A DNA stretch of 64,000 nucleotides from Vulcanimicrobiota bacterium (GTDB lineage: Bacteria; Vulcanimicrobiota; Vulcanimicrobiia; Vulcanimicrobiales; Vulcanimicrobiaceae), in NCBI GenBank assembly GCA_963820825.1, contig CAWGBN010000007.1, positions 160,001 to 224,000 on the forward strand, written 5' to 3'. Positions 46,775 through 58,387 of this stretch are shown piece after piece; position 1 is the first letter of the stretch, and each line of letters opens with the position of its first letter. Below the pieces are notes generated by a model. It had not been told where the DNA came from. It ran no database searches and saw only the letters and a list, made by a program, of their open reading frames with translations. The position numbers were made by a program, and so were the translations under genes.

Positions 46775-48729
46775 GATCGATACCCTCCTTCCAGTTCCTG
46801 TTTAATCTTTGCGGCCAATGCGGGCGTCATCCCTTTGACCGCTGCGATTTCGTCGAGGCCGGCGCGCCGAATCCCGGCCGGCGAGCCGAAGGCGGTGAGC
46901 AGCCGTTTCTTCCGCACCGGACCGACGCCGGCCAGCGCGTCGAGCGCCGACTGCGTCATCGACTTCGCCCGGCGCTGGCGGTGGAAGGTGACTGCGAAGC
47001 GATGCGCTTCGTCGCGAATTCGTTGGATCAAGTGGAGCGCCGGCGAGTTGGGCGGGAGCACGATCGGCTCCGATTGATTGGGAAGGTAGAGCCACTCGTG
47101 CTCTTTCGCCAGCCCCGCGACCGGAAGGCCGGTCATGTCGAGCTCCTCGAGCACCTCGACCACCGCGCTGAGTTGCCCTTTGCCGCCGTCGATGAGCAGC
47201 AGATCCGGCTTTTTATTGAACTTCTCTCTCTTGGCCAAGGCGCGCTCGATCGGCGTGTCGGCATGGTCGGTCTCGCGGCGTAAATAGCGCAACCGGCGGC
47301 GCAGCGTCTCCTGCATCATCGCAAAGTCGTTCGGACCGCGGTCGTATTGGATCTTGAATTTGCGGTACTCGCTCTTCTTCGCCCGCCCCTCGACGAAGAC
47401 GACCATCGACGCGACGGGATTCGTACCCTGAATGTTCGAGACGTCGTAGCACTCGATCCGGTGCGGGGGCTCGGGCAGTTCCAGAGCGTCGGCGAGATCG
47501 GTCAGCGAGCGCGCCTGGGCCGTCTCCTGAACTTCTTGATGCGCCAGGAAGGCCTTGAGATTCTGCTCCGCATTCTTCTGCACGAGCCGAAGGTACTCGG
47601 CGCGCGCGCCCCGCTGCGGCTGCAGAATCCGCACCCGCTGTCCTTTAACGCCCGAGAGCCAAGACTCGATCGTCGCGCGCTCCTCGGGAAGCGCGGTCAC
47701 CAGCAGCTCTTTTGGAACGGCCGCCGCGCTCGCCGTCTTCGCACGCCGCTTCTCCGGAACGGGTGCCTGGTTGTCGCGCGCGATGCGTGAATAGGCCGGC
47801 TCTTCGGGCGCGCCGGCCGTCCGCGCGGTGTAGAACTGCTTGAGAAACTCCGCGGTGAGCACCGCGTCGGGCTGCTCGTAGACGCCCTCGAGAATGAAAT
47901 GCTCCTGGCCGATCAGCTTGCCGCCGCGAACGAGAAAGGCTTGCACGCAGGCCTGCCCCTGCGCGCGGGCGACCGCGACGAGGTCCATGTCGAGCCGCGA
48001 TTTCCATACGACCTTCTGCTCTTCCGTGACGCGGCGCACCGCGACGATCCGATCGCGCAGACGCGCCGCCGCTTCGAAGTTCAGGTGTTCGGCCGCCTCG
48101 CTCATCTCGTGCTGCAGACGCGCGAGCAGCGACTCCTGTTTGCCCTCGAGGAAGAGCACCACCTCGTCGATCGTCCGGTCGTACTCTTCTTCCGTCTGAT
48201 AGCCGACGCACGGCGCGAGACAGCGTTTGATATGGTACTGCAGGCACGGGCGTTTACGCCGGCCGTCGATCGGCTCGCGGCAGGTTCGCAGCGGAAAGAC
48301 CAAGCGCACGAGGTCGATCAGCTCCCGAAGCCCGTGCGCGTTGGTATACGGCCCGAAGTACCGCGCCCCATCGTTGCGCACGAAACGGGTGAACACGACG
48401 CGCGGAAACGCCTCGTTCGTCACCTTCAAATATGGATAGCGCTTGTCGTCGCGCAATCGGACGTTGAACGGCGGCTGATGGCGCTTGATCAGGTTTGCTT
48501 CGAGGATCAAGGCCTCGACTTCGTTCGTTACGACGATCGTGCGGACGTCGGTAACTCTCTCGACCATCGCGGTCGTCCGCGGATGGTGCACCGCACCCTC
48601 TTGGAAGTACGAGCGCACGCGGTTGCGCAGCGATATCGCCTTGCCGATGTAGAGAATCTCGCCGTCGCGCCCGACCATCAGGTAAACGCCCGGGGCGTCC
48701 GGGATCTGCGCGAGCTGGACCGGCGTCAC
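46771..48729 (-). CDS. uvrC: Excinuclease ABC subunit C
   Basis: GIY-YIG PGVYLM/YIGKA; RIECYDVSN; LIDGGKGQL; RDEAHRFA; HhH tail. Confidence 0.97.
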   Translation of the reverse strand: MTPVQLAQIPDAPGVYLMVGRDGEILYIGKAISLRNRVRSYFQEGAVHHPRTTAMVERVTDVRTIVVTNEVEALILEANLIKRHQPPFNVRLRDDKRYPYLKVTNEAFPRVVFTRFVRNDGARYFGPYTNAHGLRELIDLVRLVFPLRTCREPIDGRRKRPCLQYHIKRCLAPCVGYQTEEEYDRTIDEVVLFLEGKQESLLARLQHEMSEAAEHLNFEAAARLRDRIVAVRRVTEEQKVVWKSRLDMDLVAVARAQGQACVQAFLVRGGKLIGQEHFILEGVYEQPDAVLTAEFLKQFYTARTAGAPEEPAYSRIARDNQAPVPEKRRAKTASAAAVPKELLVTALPEERATIESWLSGVKGQRVRILQPQRGARAEYLRLVQKNAEQNLKAFLAHQEVQETAQARSLTDLADALELPEPPHRIECYDVSNIQGTNPVASMVVFVEGRAKKSEYRKFKIQYDRGPNDFAMMQETLRRRLRYLRRETDHADTPIERALAKREKFNKKPDLLLIDGGKGQLSAVVEVLEELDMTGLPVAGLAKEHEWLYLPNQSEPIVLPPNSPALHLIQRIRDEAHRFAVTFHRQRRAKSMTQSALDALAGVGPVRKKRLLTAFGSPAGIRRAGLDEIAAVKGMTPALAAKIKQELEGGYRS

Positions 48730-49343
48730 CCTGCGCGAGCCGGCTTGGCCCTCATTCGCATGACGATAATCGTAACGATCACGGCAACGACGGCGACGCC
48801 GAGCACGAGATATCCGCCGCGGCGCAGCAGCGGAATGACCGCCGAGAGGTGCGAGCCCAGCGCGCTGCCGAGCAGAATCAAGAACGTACAGAAGATCAGC
48901 GAGCCCAGAAAGGTCCAGGCGTAGAAGAGCCAGAGGTTCATCTCCGCGATGCCCGCCGGGATCGCGGAGATCCCGCGGACGAATGGCAAAAAACGGCAGA
49001 CGAAGATGGCGAACGTTCCCCAGCGTTCGAAGAAGCGGTGCATCCGCATCAGGCGATCGTGGCTGAAATGAACGTACTTTCCGTAGCGTTCGATGAGCGG
49101 CACGCCGCCGTAACGCCCGATCGCGTAGCCGACCGTGCCGCCGCCTAACTCACCCGCCAGCGCGACGGCGATCGTGAGCCAGAGCGTCCCAAGATGGCCG
49201 TTTGCGGTAAGCGCGCCGGCGACCGGAAGAACGATCTCGCTGCCGATCGGCACGCCGAAATTCCCTAGCGCCAGTGCGATGAAGAGCCCGAAGTATCCGT
49301 AATGATCGATCAGCCCGGTAACGGCTTGCTGAAGGTGCTCCAC
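48726..49343 (-). CDS. DedA family membrane protein
   Basis: P.GSEIVLP.AG, GYAIGRYGG, FVCRFLPFVR..ISAIPAG. Confidence 0.9.
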   Translation of the reverse strand: MEHLQQAVTGLIDHYGYFGLFIALALGNFGVPIGSEIVLPVAGALTANGHLGTLWLTIAVALAGELGGGTVGYAIGRYGGVPLIERYGKYVHFSHDRLMRMHRFFERWGTFAIFVCRFLPFVRGISAIPAGIAEMNLWLFYAWTFLGSLIFCTFLILLGSALGSHLSAVIPLLRRGGYLVLGVAVVAVIVTIIVMRMRAKPARAG

Positions 49344-49351
49344 GAAGCTCG

Positions 49352-49757
49352 TTACTCGACGGGGGAGACCGTGTTTCGGGAAGCGGCGCGCCGGAGAATC
49401 TCCGCCGCCGAGCTGCCGCCCTCGGCCCGCAACGCTTCGAAGAGCTCGAACGGTCCGACCTCACGCTCTCCCGCACGCTCCTCGGCGAGCGCGACGATCC
49501 GGCGCAGTCGCGGCGTGATCAGGATACCTTCCCAGAGGCGGTCGTCGCCGGTGCCGAGCGCTCGGCGAACCTGCGCGTGCACCTCGGGCACGTCGATGCC
49601 GGCCTCGTCGAGTGCCCGCAGCGTCGCCGGGTCCCGCTCCTCGAGCAGGGCCGCGAGCAAGTGTTCCGCACCAACGTAATAATGGCTATGGTTCCGGCAC
49701 TCTTGCTCGGCGATCCGAAGCACGCGCCGCGCGGCCGAATTAAAATTTCGAGAACAA
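49352..49757 (-). CDS. Stand-alone Clp N-terminal-domain protein (extra T near the start)
   Basis: GGAAGGA RBS then TTG MFSKF-NSAARRVLRIAEQEC...HYYVGAEHLL; TPRLRRIVALA. Confidence 0.75.
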
Positions 49758-49778
49758 GGTCCTTCCGAGGAGGGGCTA

Positions 49779-49852
<74 letters not shown>

Positions 49853-49960
49853 ACGAACCTCGTAGCTTGCACAGTCCCACGCCGGCCTCCTTGTGGCGTG
49901 GTGCAGGGCCCACGCAAGCCAGGGTAAAACTGAGATTCTTCTGAACCCCGTTCGCTATTC

Positions 49961-50635
49961 ATGAGATACGTGATCGTCGGGTGCGGACGCGTCGGATCTG
50001 CGCTCGCGAAACTCCTCGACTCCGACGGACACGAAGTAATCGTTGTCGACGAAAATGCCGCTGCATTCAAGCGGCTTGGTTCGAAATTCAAGGGACACGA
50101 GGTGGTCGGCACCGGCATCGATTACGACGTGCTCAAGCGGGCTGGCGCGGTAGGAGCCGATGGTTTCGTCGCGGTGACCAACGGCGACAACCGCAACATC
50201 ATGGCCGCCCTGATCGCGCAGCGCATGTTTAAGATCCCGCGCATCGTCGCGCGCATCTACGATCCGCCGCGCGGACAGATGTATCGCGACCTCGGCGTAC
50301 AGACGGTCTGCCCGACGACCGTCGGCGCGAAGATGATTCGCGACGTGCTCATCGAGGCGCCGTGGGATACGCAGAACTTCGACCTCGGCAAGCTCACCTC
50401 GCTCTCGGTGGTGGTCGGGCCAAAGGACGCCGGCAAGCGCATCGACGAGATCGAAGCGCCGGGACGCATTCGTATTGCCGCGGTGCGACGCGGGGTCAAC
50501 GAGGTAACCGTTGCGTCGAGCGATCTGGTGCTCGAGGAGGGCGACGAGCTCAGCGCCGTCGTCGCGCCCAACGCCATCAGCGATTTCGCGCAGCGCTTCC
50601 CGCAGGTCGCGCCTCGCACCAAGGTAACCGCCTAG
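49961..50635 (+). CDS. TrkA/KtrA-family RCK potassium-uptake regulatory protein
   Basis: IVGCGRVG, AVTNGDNRNI, ARIYDP; TrkA-C tail. Confidence 0.9.
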   Translation: MRYVIVGCGRVGSALAKLLDSDGHEVIVVDENAAAFKRLGSKFKGHEVVGTGIDYDVLKRAGAVGADGFVAVTNGDNRNIMAALIAQRMFKIPRIVARIYDPPRGQMYRDLGVQTVCPTTVGAKMIRDVLIEAPWDTQNFDLGKLTSLSVVVGPKDAGKRIDEIEAPGRIRIAAVRRGVNEVTVASSDLVLEEGDELSAVVAPNAISDFAQRFPQVAPRTKVTA

Positions 50636-50636
50636 C

Positions 50637-51317
50637 ATGTTTATCCTCATCGTCGGCGGCGGGAAGGTCGGAACCTATCTCACGCGCGCGCTGCTCAAGC
50701 AGGGTCACGAGGTCGTCGTCATCGAGAAGGACGATCGCAAAGCGAAGATGCTCGAGCGCCTGATCGACCGCCAGGTGACGGTGGTCGGCGACGGCTGCGA
50801 TCCCTACGTGCTCGAGGCCGCCGGCGTGAATCGCGCCGACGTGGTCGTCGCCGATACCGGCGACGACGAAGACAATCTGGTCGTCGTCCTGCTCGCAAAG
50901 CGCAAGTCCAAAGCCCGCTGCATCGCGCGCGTCAACAACCCGGCAAACAAGCTCATCTTCAACTCGCTCGACTCCGACGACCCGGTCATCGTCATCTCCT
51001 CGACCGAGCTCATCCTCGACGTGCTCAACGAACACGTCAACGCTTCGAAGTACCGATCGATGCTCGAGACGATGCACCTCTTCGGCAAGGGCGACATGCA
51101 GCTGGTGAAGATGGCGATTCCGGAACAATCGCCGGTCGCCGGCAAGCGCCTCGCCGAGATCGACTTTCCGCACAACTCGGTCGTCGTTGCGGTCGATCGA
51201 CCCGAGCACGATCTCGAAATTCCGACCGGAGATACCACGCTGAACGCCGGCGATTCGATGATCGTGATCGTCAAGAACGGCGCGGGCGAACGGATTCGCG
51301 CGATCGTCGGCGGCTAG
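50637..51317 (+). CDS. TrkA/KtrA-family RCK protein (second paralog)
   Basis: IVGGGKVG, TGDDEDNL, ARVNNP; TrkA-C domain. Confidence 0.9.
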   Translation: MFILIVGGGKVGTYLTRALLKQGHEVVVIEKDDRKAKMLERLIDRQVTVVGDGCDPYVLEAAGVNRADVVVADTGDDEDNLVVVLLAKRKSKARCIARVNNPANKLIFNSLDSDDPVIVISSTELILDVLNEHVNASKYRSMLETMHLFGKGDMQLVKMAIPEQSPVAGKRLAEIDFPHNSVVVAVDRPEHDLEIPTGDTTLNAGDSMIVIVKNGAGERIRAIVGG

Positions 51318-51953
51318 ATGTAGCCCTTTCGCAGGGCGACGACGGCGGCTTGCGTCCGGTCGGCGGCAGAGAGCTTCTCGAGAATATCGCGGATGTGCCC
51401 CTTCACCGTTCCTAAGCCGATGATGCAATCCCTCGGCGATTTCGGAGTTCGCGCGGCCGTCGGAGATCAGGCGAAGGATCTCGGTCTCGCGCGGGGTCAG
51501 CGGCGAGAACTTGGGGTCGGAGGATCTCTCCGACGAGAAGCGCGCCAAGACGACGTGCGCGATTCGCGGATCGAAGTACGCGCCGCCCTCGCCGGCGATC
51601 CGAACCGCATCGACGATCCGATCCGGATCCGAGCTCTTGAGACAGTAGGCGTCGGCGCCGGCCGCCAGCGCTGCAAGAACTTCTTCTTCGAGGTCGACCA
51701 TCGTCACGATGACGACACGCGTCGACGGGAGCTCCGCGCGCACCCGTTTGGTCAACGCAACGCCGTCGAGCGCCGGGATGCCGATATCGATCACCGCGAC
51801 GTCGGGGCGTTCGCGCGCAATCGCCTCCCAGCCGGTAAGCCCGTCGGCCGCCTCGGCAACCACGTCGCACGAAGATTGCAACGCCGTGCGCAGGCCCGCG
51901 CGCGTGAGCGCGTGATCTTCGACGATGACGACGCGGGTGCGCTGCCCTTCCAC
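51314..51953 (-). CDS. NarL/LuxR family response regulator (frameshift near 51425)
   Basis: VEDH, DIGIP.LDG, YCLK; LTPRETEILRLI..G..N.EIA; GTVKGH..DILEKL...DRTQAAV. Confidence 0.9.
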
Positions 51954-51956
51954 GTA

Positions 51957-53564
51957 CTATGCCGCCATCGGAAGCGTCAGCGTGAAGATGCTGCCCCGCG
52001 GCGTTCCGCGGACGTACGAAACGGTTCCACCATGCTTCTCGGCGATTCGCCGGACGATGTAAAGACCCAGCCCGCTCCCCGATCCCGGACGTCGCCCCGC
52101 CAAAGCGCTGAAAGAGCCCCTGCGCTGCTCTTCGCGCACGCCGTAGCCGTCGTCTTCAACGGCCAACGCGACCGACGCGCCGTCGCGAGCGACCGTCGCG
52201 CGTGACGTGTCCGCCTTCGCGGCGTGGCCGTCGATGGCATTGGCGAGCAAATTGACGATCGCGCGTCTCATCTCATGCGGGTCACCCATGACCCGCAGCG
52301 GTTCGCGCGGAACCGCCGAGCGCAGCTGCGATTCCTTTGATCTCCGCAACCGGACGAAGCTCTTCGACGACGCCCGTCAACAACTCGCCCGAGTCGACCG
52401 GTTCGCGCACGATCGCGTCTTCTCCGGATTCGTAGCGGGCGACGAGCAGGAGCGTTTCGACCATGCGGCGCTGATCGTCGTTTGCCGCCAGCGTCGTGCT
52501 GCAGGATCTCGCGATAGCGCTGCGGCAGTTCGCCATAGGAACCGTCGAGCGCCTGATTCATCGTCACGTCGCGCCGCGGCGAGCGGCGTGCGCAGGTCGT
52601 GCGCGAGCGCGTAGACGATGTCGCGAATGACGTCGCTGCGGTCGATCAGCTCGTCCTTCTGCCGCGCAATCTCCTCGTTACGCTCGCCGAGCTGCGCGAA
52701 GAGACGCGCCTGCTCTAGCGCGATCGCGGCCTGCTCGGCAAAGGCTCGCATCGTCGCCAGCGCGTCGCCGAGAAAGGGTTTCTCCTCGGTCGCCGATGCG
52801 ATCAGGACGCTCTCGGCGGAACCGCTCGTCGCAATCGGCGTCACCAAGGCGTCGCTCGCGCCGAGCGCTTCGAGCGTCACCCGTCCCGAATGCGATCGTC
52901 TGCGGGTGACGCGAACGACGTCGTCGGCGTCCGCGGCGCGCGCGACGAGCGAGGCGAGTTCGGTCGACAGCATCCGCCGTTCCACCGAGATTTCGGCGGT
53001 CGCCCGTCGAGCAGCTCAGGATGAGCGCGAGCCCAAAGGGCCGCTCGCGCACGATCGAGCATTGCCGTCGAGGCACCGAGCAGCTCCAACGCCTCGCGAG
53101 TAATCGCCCGCGCACGAGCTCGACGTTGAGCGTGCTCCCGAACGCGGCCCGTCGCTTCGCGCAGCGCTTTCTCGATCTCGACTTGGCGCATGCGCCCCGC
53201 CGAGACCCCGGCTTCGCGCGCGTACTCTTGCGTTTTGATGCTCAAGTATCCGACGAGCACGAACGACGCGGCTAAGCAGCAGCCGGTCTCCGATCGCCGA
53301 CGCCGTCCCAATGGTGGCCGGCCTGAACGCCGTTTACGTAACCGGCGATCGCGTTGGCGATTTCCGCGGCGATCGACCAGGTTGCATCGTCAGCCTGCCC
53401 CGCAGCGCCAGGCTGCTGAGCGCAATCGGACCGTTGAGCAAGATCGCCGCGACGAAGAGTTGCGGCGTCAGGAGATCGACGATCCACGCGGCGACGAGCA
53501 ATCCGTAGCAGAGCCAGGCCACAGACGCGCGGTCTCGGGTCGACCGGCGGGGGCGCCTTGCCAT
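51957..53564 (-). CDS. Membrane sensor histidine kinase (TM + GAF + HisKA + HATPase), frameshifted; start approximate
   Basis: Hydrophobic N-terminus; FAEQAAIALEQARLF; AHDLRTPL; NLLANA; DDGYG; GSGLGL. Confidence 0.85.
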
Positions 53565-53586
53565 GCCGCGCGAAGGCTGCGGCACG

Positions 53587-55761
53587 ATGGATCGCACCGC
53601 CCGGGCCGAGGAGCTTCTTACGCGAGCTAGGCTCGCGCGCGCGACTCGTCGTCTACATCGCGAGTGCTCCCGGAGCCGGGAAGACGCGCCGCCTGCTCGA
53701 AGACGCGCCGCCGGCTCGCCGCCGCCGGCAAGCGCGTCGTCATCGGCTGGATCGAAACGAAGGGACGACCCGATCTCGAGCGTCTCGCCGCCGGACTTCC
53801 GCGCATTCCGCCCCGCCAGGTAAAGATCGGCGAGCGCATCTTCGAGGAGTTCGATTACGAAGCGGCGCTACGCGAAGAGCCCGACGTCGTGCTGCTCGAC
53901 GAGCTGGCGCACGACAATCTCGGCGAAGCCGCCCACGCCAAGCGCTGGCAGGACGCGCTCGCACTGCGAGGAGGCGCGGCATCGGCGTTATCGGCGCCTT
54001 GAACATCGCGCACCTCGAAAACGGTCGCTCCGACGGCCGAAGCGATGATCGGCTATCCGATCCGCGAGATCGTCCCGCTCTCGTTCCTGCAGAGCAGCCG
54101 ACGAGGTCATCGCGCTCGACGTGTCGCCGACGCCTGCTCCAAAGCCGCGTTCGAGCCGGTAAGATCGTCAACGAGCAGGACATCGATCGCGCGCTCAACG
54201 GCGCGTTCAAAGAGCAGACGCTCTACATGCTGCGGGAGCTGCTGCTTCGCACGGTCGATAGTCTCACGCTTCCCGTCGTAAAGGCGGGGCGCAACCTCGA
54301 TGGCCGCCGCCTTCGTCTATCCGAACCTCGATCCCGTACCCTTTCTCAAACGCACCGCCGGCGATCGCACATGCGCTCGATCTCGGGCTCGAGGTCGTGC
54401 CCGACCCCGGCGTCGAGCGCGCGACGATCGAACCGATCGCGCGCGAACTCGGCGGCGAGATCCTGCACGAGACGCTCGACCCCGCCGGTATTCCCGGCGA
54501 CGAGCTGCGCGCCGTCACTCGTGGCGCTTCCCACCGGGCAAGATTGCCGCCAAGCTCGCGAACTACGCCGCTTCCGTACGATCTCTTCATCGTCGGCGCC
54601 GGTCAGACGTATCTCGGTGCGAATCCGGCGCGTTCGCCGTACTCGCAAACCGCCGGCGACCGCTGCGTGTCGGCTACGGTAAGCTCGATGGTCTACCTCG
54701 GCGCGGCGGCCGGTGCCGGCAAGACCTACGCGATGCTCGATCGCGCGCACCAGCTCCAGGCCGAAGGCGTCGACGTCGTCGTCGGCTTCGTCGAAACGCA
54801 CGGACGTAAGGAGACGGCGGCACTGCTCGACGGCCTGGACGATGGTGCCGCCGAAGATCGTCAATGCCAACGGGATCACGTATCAGCGAGTTCGATCGCG
54901 ATGGCGTTGATCGCGCGCAAGCCCGCAAGTCGCGCTCATCGACGAGCTCGCTCATACCAATGCGCCCGGTTCGATCGCGCCGAAGCGCTTCTACGACGTC
55001 CTGGCCGTTCTGCGCGCCGGCATCGACGTCATCACGACGCTCAACGTCCAGCATCTCGAAGGCTTGGGCGATACCGTTCTGCGGCTCACCGGAACGGTCG
55101 TGCGCGAGACGCTCCCAGACGGCATTCTGTCGCTGGCCGACGAAGTGATTCTCATCGACGTTACTCCCGAGACGCTGCGCCAACGGCTGCGCGAGGGGAA
55201 GATCTATCCGCCGGACCGCATCGAGGCGGCGCTGGCAAACTTCTTTCGCACCGAGAATCTCTTCGCGTTGCGCGAGCTCGCGTTGCGCGAAGCCCTTCGG
55301 GCCCGCCATCGCGAGCGAATCAGCTCGCCGTTCGAGCGGCTACTGCTCGCGGTCGGCTCGCGCGAGGTCGATCTCGTCGATGATCGCGCGCGCTGGGCGC
55401 ATCGCGGCGCGCCTCGCAATCGAGTTTGCCATCGCGCATGTGGCTCCGCGCCGATCGCGCGTCGACGCCAAGCACGGTCGAAATGTTGCGCACCGAGGCG
55501 CGAAAGACCAACGTCGAGTGGATCGACGAGGTCGCCGACGACGTGCCGAAGCGGTTGCTCGAGATCGCGCGCACGCGTCCCGAGACGACCATTGCGCTGG
55601 CCGGCACGCGACGCGCGCCGCGATGGCTCGAGCGCCCGTCCTTTCCGCGCCGCTTGCTCGACGCCGGCGCGCGCGAACTGCTCGTCCTCATGCCGCCCGG
55701 CGCAACGCCCGCCACCGAAGACGGACCTAGTCGGGTTTCAACCCGTCCAGCGCGAGGTTGA
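53587..55761 (+). CDS. kdpD: Soluble KdpD-like sensor with two tandem KdpD N-terminal domains plus USP-like regions (frameshifted)
   Basis: Two Walker A copies (ASAPGAGKT about 53660; GAAAGAGKT about 54700), each followed by DELAH.N, KR..D and LN..HLE; no TM or kinase motifs; stop at 55730 or 55761. Confidence 0.8.
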
Positions 55762-56308
55762 GCTGAAGGACGTTGACGTGCGGTTCGCCGAGGAATCCAA
55801 ACGTTCGCCCTTGCACGTGCTGCGCGACGATCGAGTTGACGCACCGACCAGACGTCATGTGGCGCGCCTTTGCGACACGCGGTGCCTCCCAGTAGGCGGC
55901 CTCCGGCGTGATGTCGGGATCGATGCCGCTGCGCGCTCGACGTGATCAGATCGATCGGCGGCGGACCGCTCGCATCCGGATTCGCCTTTTGCAAGCGCGG
56001 CGAGCGTCGCTTTCGTCGCATTGATCAGCTTCTTCGACGTCGGTCCGAGGTTCGTTCCTCCGGTCGAAGTTGGATCGTAGCCTTTTCCCGCCGCCGAAGG
56101 ACGTCCCTGAAAGTACTGCGGCTTCGTCCAGAGCTGTCCGATGATCGACGATCCGACGACTCTGCCGTTCACCGTTACGAGCGAGCCGTTGGCCTGTCTT
56201 GGGAAGAGTACTTGCGCGATTCCCGTCATCGCCAGCGGATAGATTAGCCCGAAGATGACGATGCAGACGATCGTGATCTGCAGCGCAGTGCCCAAATGTT
56301 CGTATCAT
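55727..56308 (-). CDS. kdpC: K+-transporting ATPase subunit C (frameshifted)
   Basis: [49 protein letters not shown]. Confidence 0.9.
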
Positions 56309-56320
56309 TCGATTCGATTC

Positions 56321-58387
56321 CTACGTGAGGTGGAGCGCGGCCAGGATCATGTCGATGAGCTTGATGCCGATGAAGGGAACGATGATTCCGCCGACGCCGT
56401 AGAGCATGACGTTCTCGAAGAGCACGCGCGTTTGCACCCTTCGGCTCGTAGCTTCACGCCGCGCAGCGCAAGCGGAATGAGCGCGATGATGATGAGCGCG
56501 TTGAAGATGACGGCCGAGAGAATCGCGCTCTGCGGCGTAGTCAGACGCATGACGTTGAGCACGGTCCATCGGCTGGTACGCGATCGCAAACATCGCCGGC
56601 AGGATTGCAAAGTACTTCGCGACGTCGTTGGCGATCGAAAACGTCGTGAGCGCGCCGCGCGTCATCAGCAGCTGCTTGCCGATCTCGACGATCTCGATGA
56701 GCTTGGTCGGATCGGAATCGAGATCGACCATGTTGGCGGCCTCTTTGGCGGCTTGCGTGCCCGAGTTCATTGCGACGCCGACGTCGGACTTGCGCGAGTG
56801 CCGGCGCGTCGTTCGTGCCGTCGCCGGTCATCGCGACGAGGCGCCCCGACGTCTGCTCGCGCTTGATGAGCTCCATCTTCGTCTCGGGCGTCGCCTCGGC
56901 GAGGAAATCGTCGACGCCGGCCTCCTTGGCGATCGTGGCCGCGGTCAGCGGATTGTCGCCCGTGATCATCACGGTCCGAATGCCCATGGCGCGCAGCCGA
57001 TCGAAGCGCTCGCGCATGTTCGGCTTGAGAATGTCTTTGAGATAGATGACGCCGAGTACGAGGGCGTTGCGGGCGAACAGCAACGGCGTGCCGCCGCTGC
57101 GGGCGATGCGTTCGACGTGCGGCGAGAGATCGGCCGACGGATTACCGCCCTGCTCGCGGACCCACGCGAGCACCGAATCCGGTGCGCCTTTGCGAATCTT
57201 GGTTCCGTCCGCCAGATCCAGTCCGCTCATGCGCGTGTACGCGCTGAACGGCACGAACGACGCGCATCTGCCGGAGCCTCACCGTCACGAGCGCCGTCCT
57301 GCTGGGCGAGCGCAACGATCGATCGTCCTTCCGGCGTTTCGTCGGCAAGCGAAGAGAGATAGCGCGATCCGCGCTGCATCCTTGGGGTCGATGCCGGCAG
57401 CCGCAGATGATTTCGACGGCCTGACGATTGCCGAGCGTGATCGTTCCGGTCTTATCGAGCAGGAGCGTGTCGACGTCGCCGGCCGCCTCTACGGCCCGTC
57501 CGCTCATCGCCAACACGTTGCGCTGCATGACGCGGTCCATTCCGGCGATGCCGATCGCCGAGAGCAGTCCGCCGATCGTCGTCGGAATCAGACAGACCAG
57601 CAGTGCGATGAGAACCGTAACGCTTTGTGGCGTTCCCGCATAGATCGAATACGGTGCCAGCGTCGCAACGGCGATCACGAAGATGATCGTCAGACCCGCG
57701 AGCAGGATCGAGAGCGCGATTTCGTTCGGCGTCTTCTGCCGCTGCGCGCCTTCGACCAGGCGAATCATCCGGTCGAGGAAGCTCTCGCCGGGGTTGGCGG
57801 TCACGCGCACGACGATGCGATCGGAGAGCACGCGCGTGCCGCCCGTTACCGCGCTGCGGTCGCCGCCCGATTCGCGAATCACCGGCGCCGACTCTCCGGT
57901 AATCGCCGACTCGTCGACGGTTGCCGCGCCTTCGAGCACGTCGCCGTCGGCCGGAATGATCTCGCCGGCCTCGACGACGAACCGGTCGCCCTTGCGCAAG
58001 ATCGTGCTCGACACGACCGCTCCTCGGCGCCGTCGTCGCGAAGCAGCCGCGCCGTCGTATCGGACTTCGTCCGTCGCAGCGAATCGGCTTGCGCCTTGCC
58101 GCGACCTTCGGCCACGGCCTCGGCAAAGTTCGCGAAGAGCACCGTGAACCATAGCCACGCGGCGATCGCAAAGTCGAATCCTGCCATGCCGGTGTGGCCG
58201 GCGAGATCGCGCACGAAGAAGATCGAGACCGCCGCGCGCCGACTTCAACGACGAACATCACCGGGTTGCGCACCTGCCAGCGCGGGTCGAGCTTCTTGAA
58301 GGAATCCGCGAGCGCGCGAGTGACGATCGCCCGGTCGAAGAGCGAGCGTGCCTTGGGACGGCGCTCCAAGCGACTTTGACTAAGCAT
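56321..58387 (-). CDS. kdpB: K+-transporting ATPase subunit B (frameshifted)
   Basis: [49 protein letters not shown]. Confidence 0.93.
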
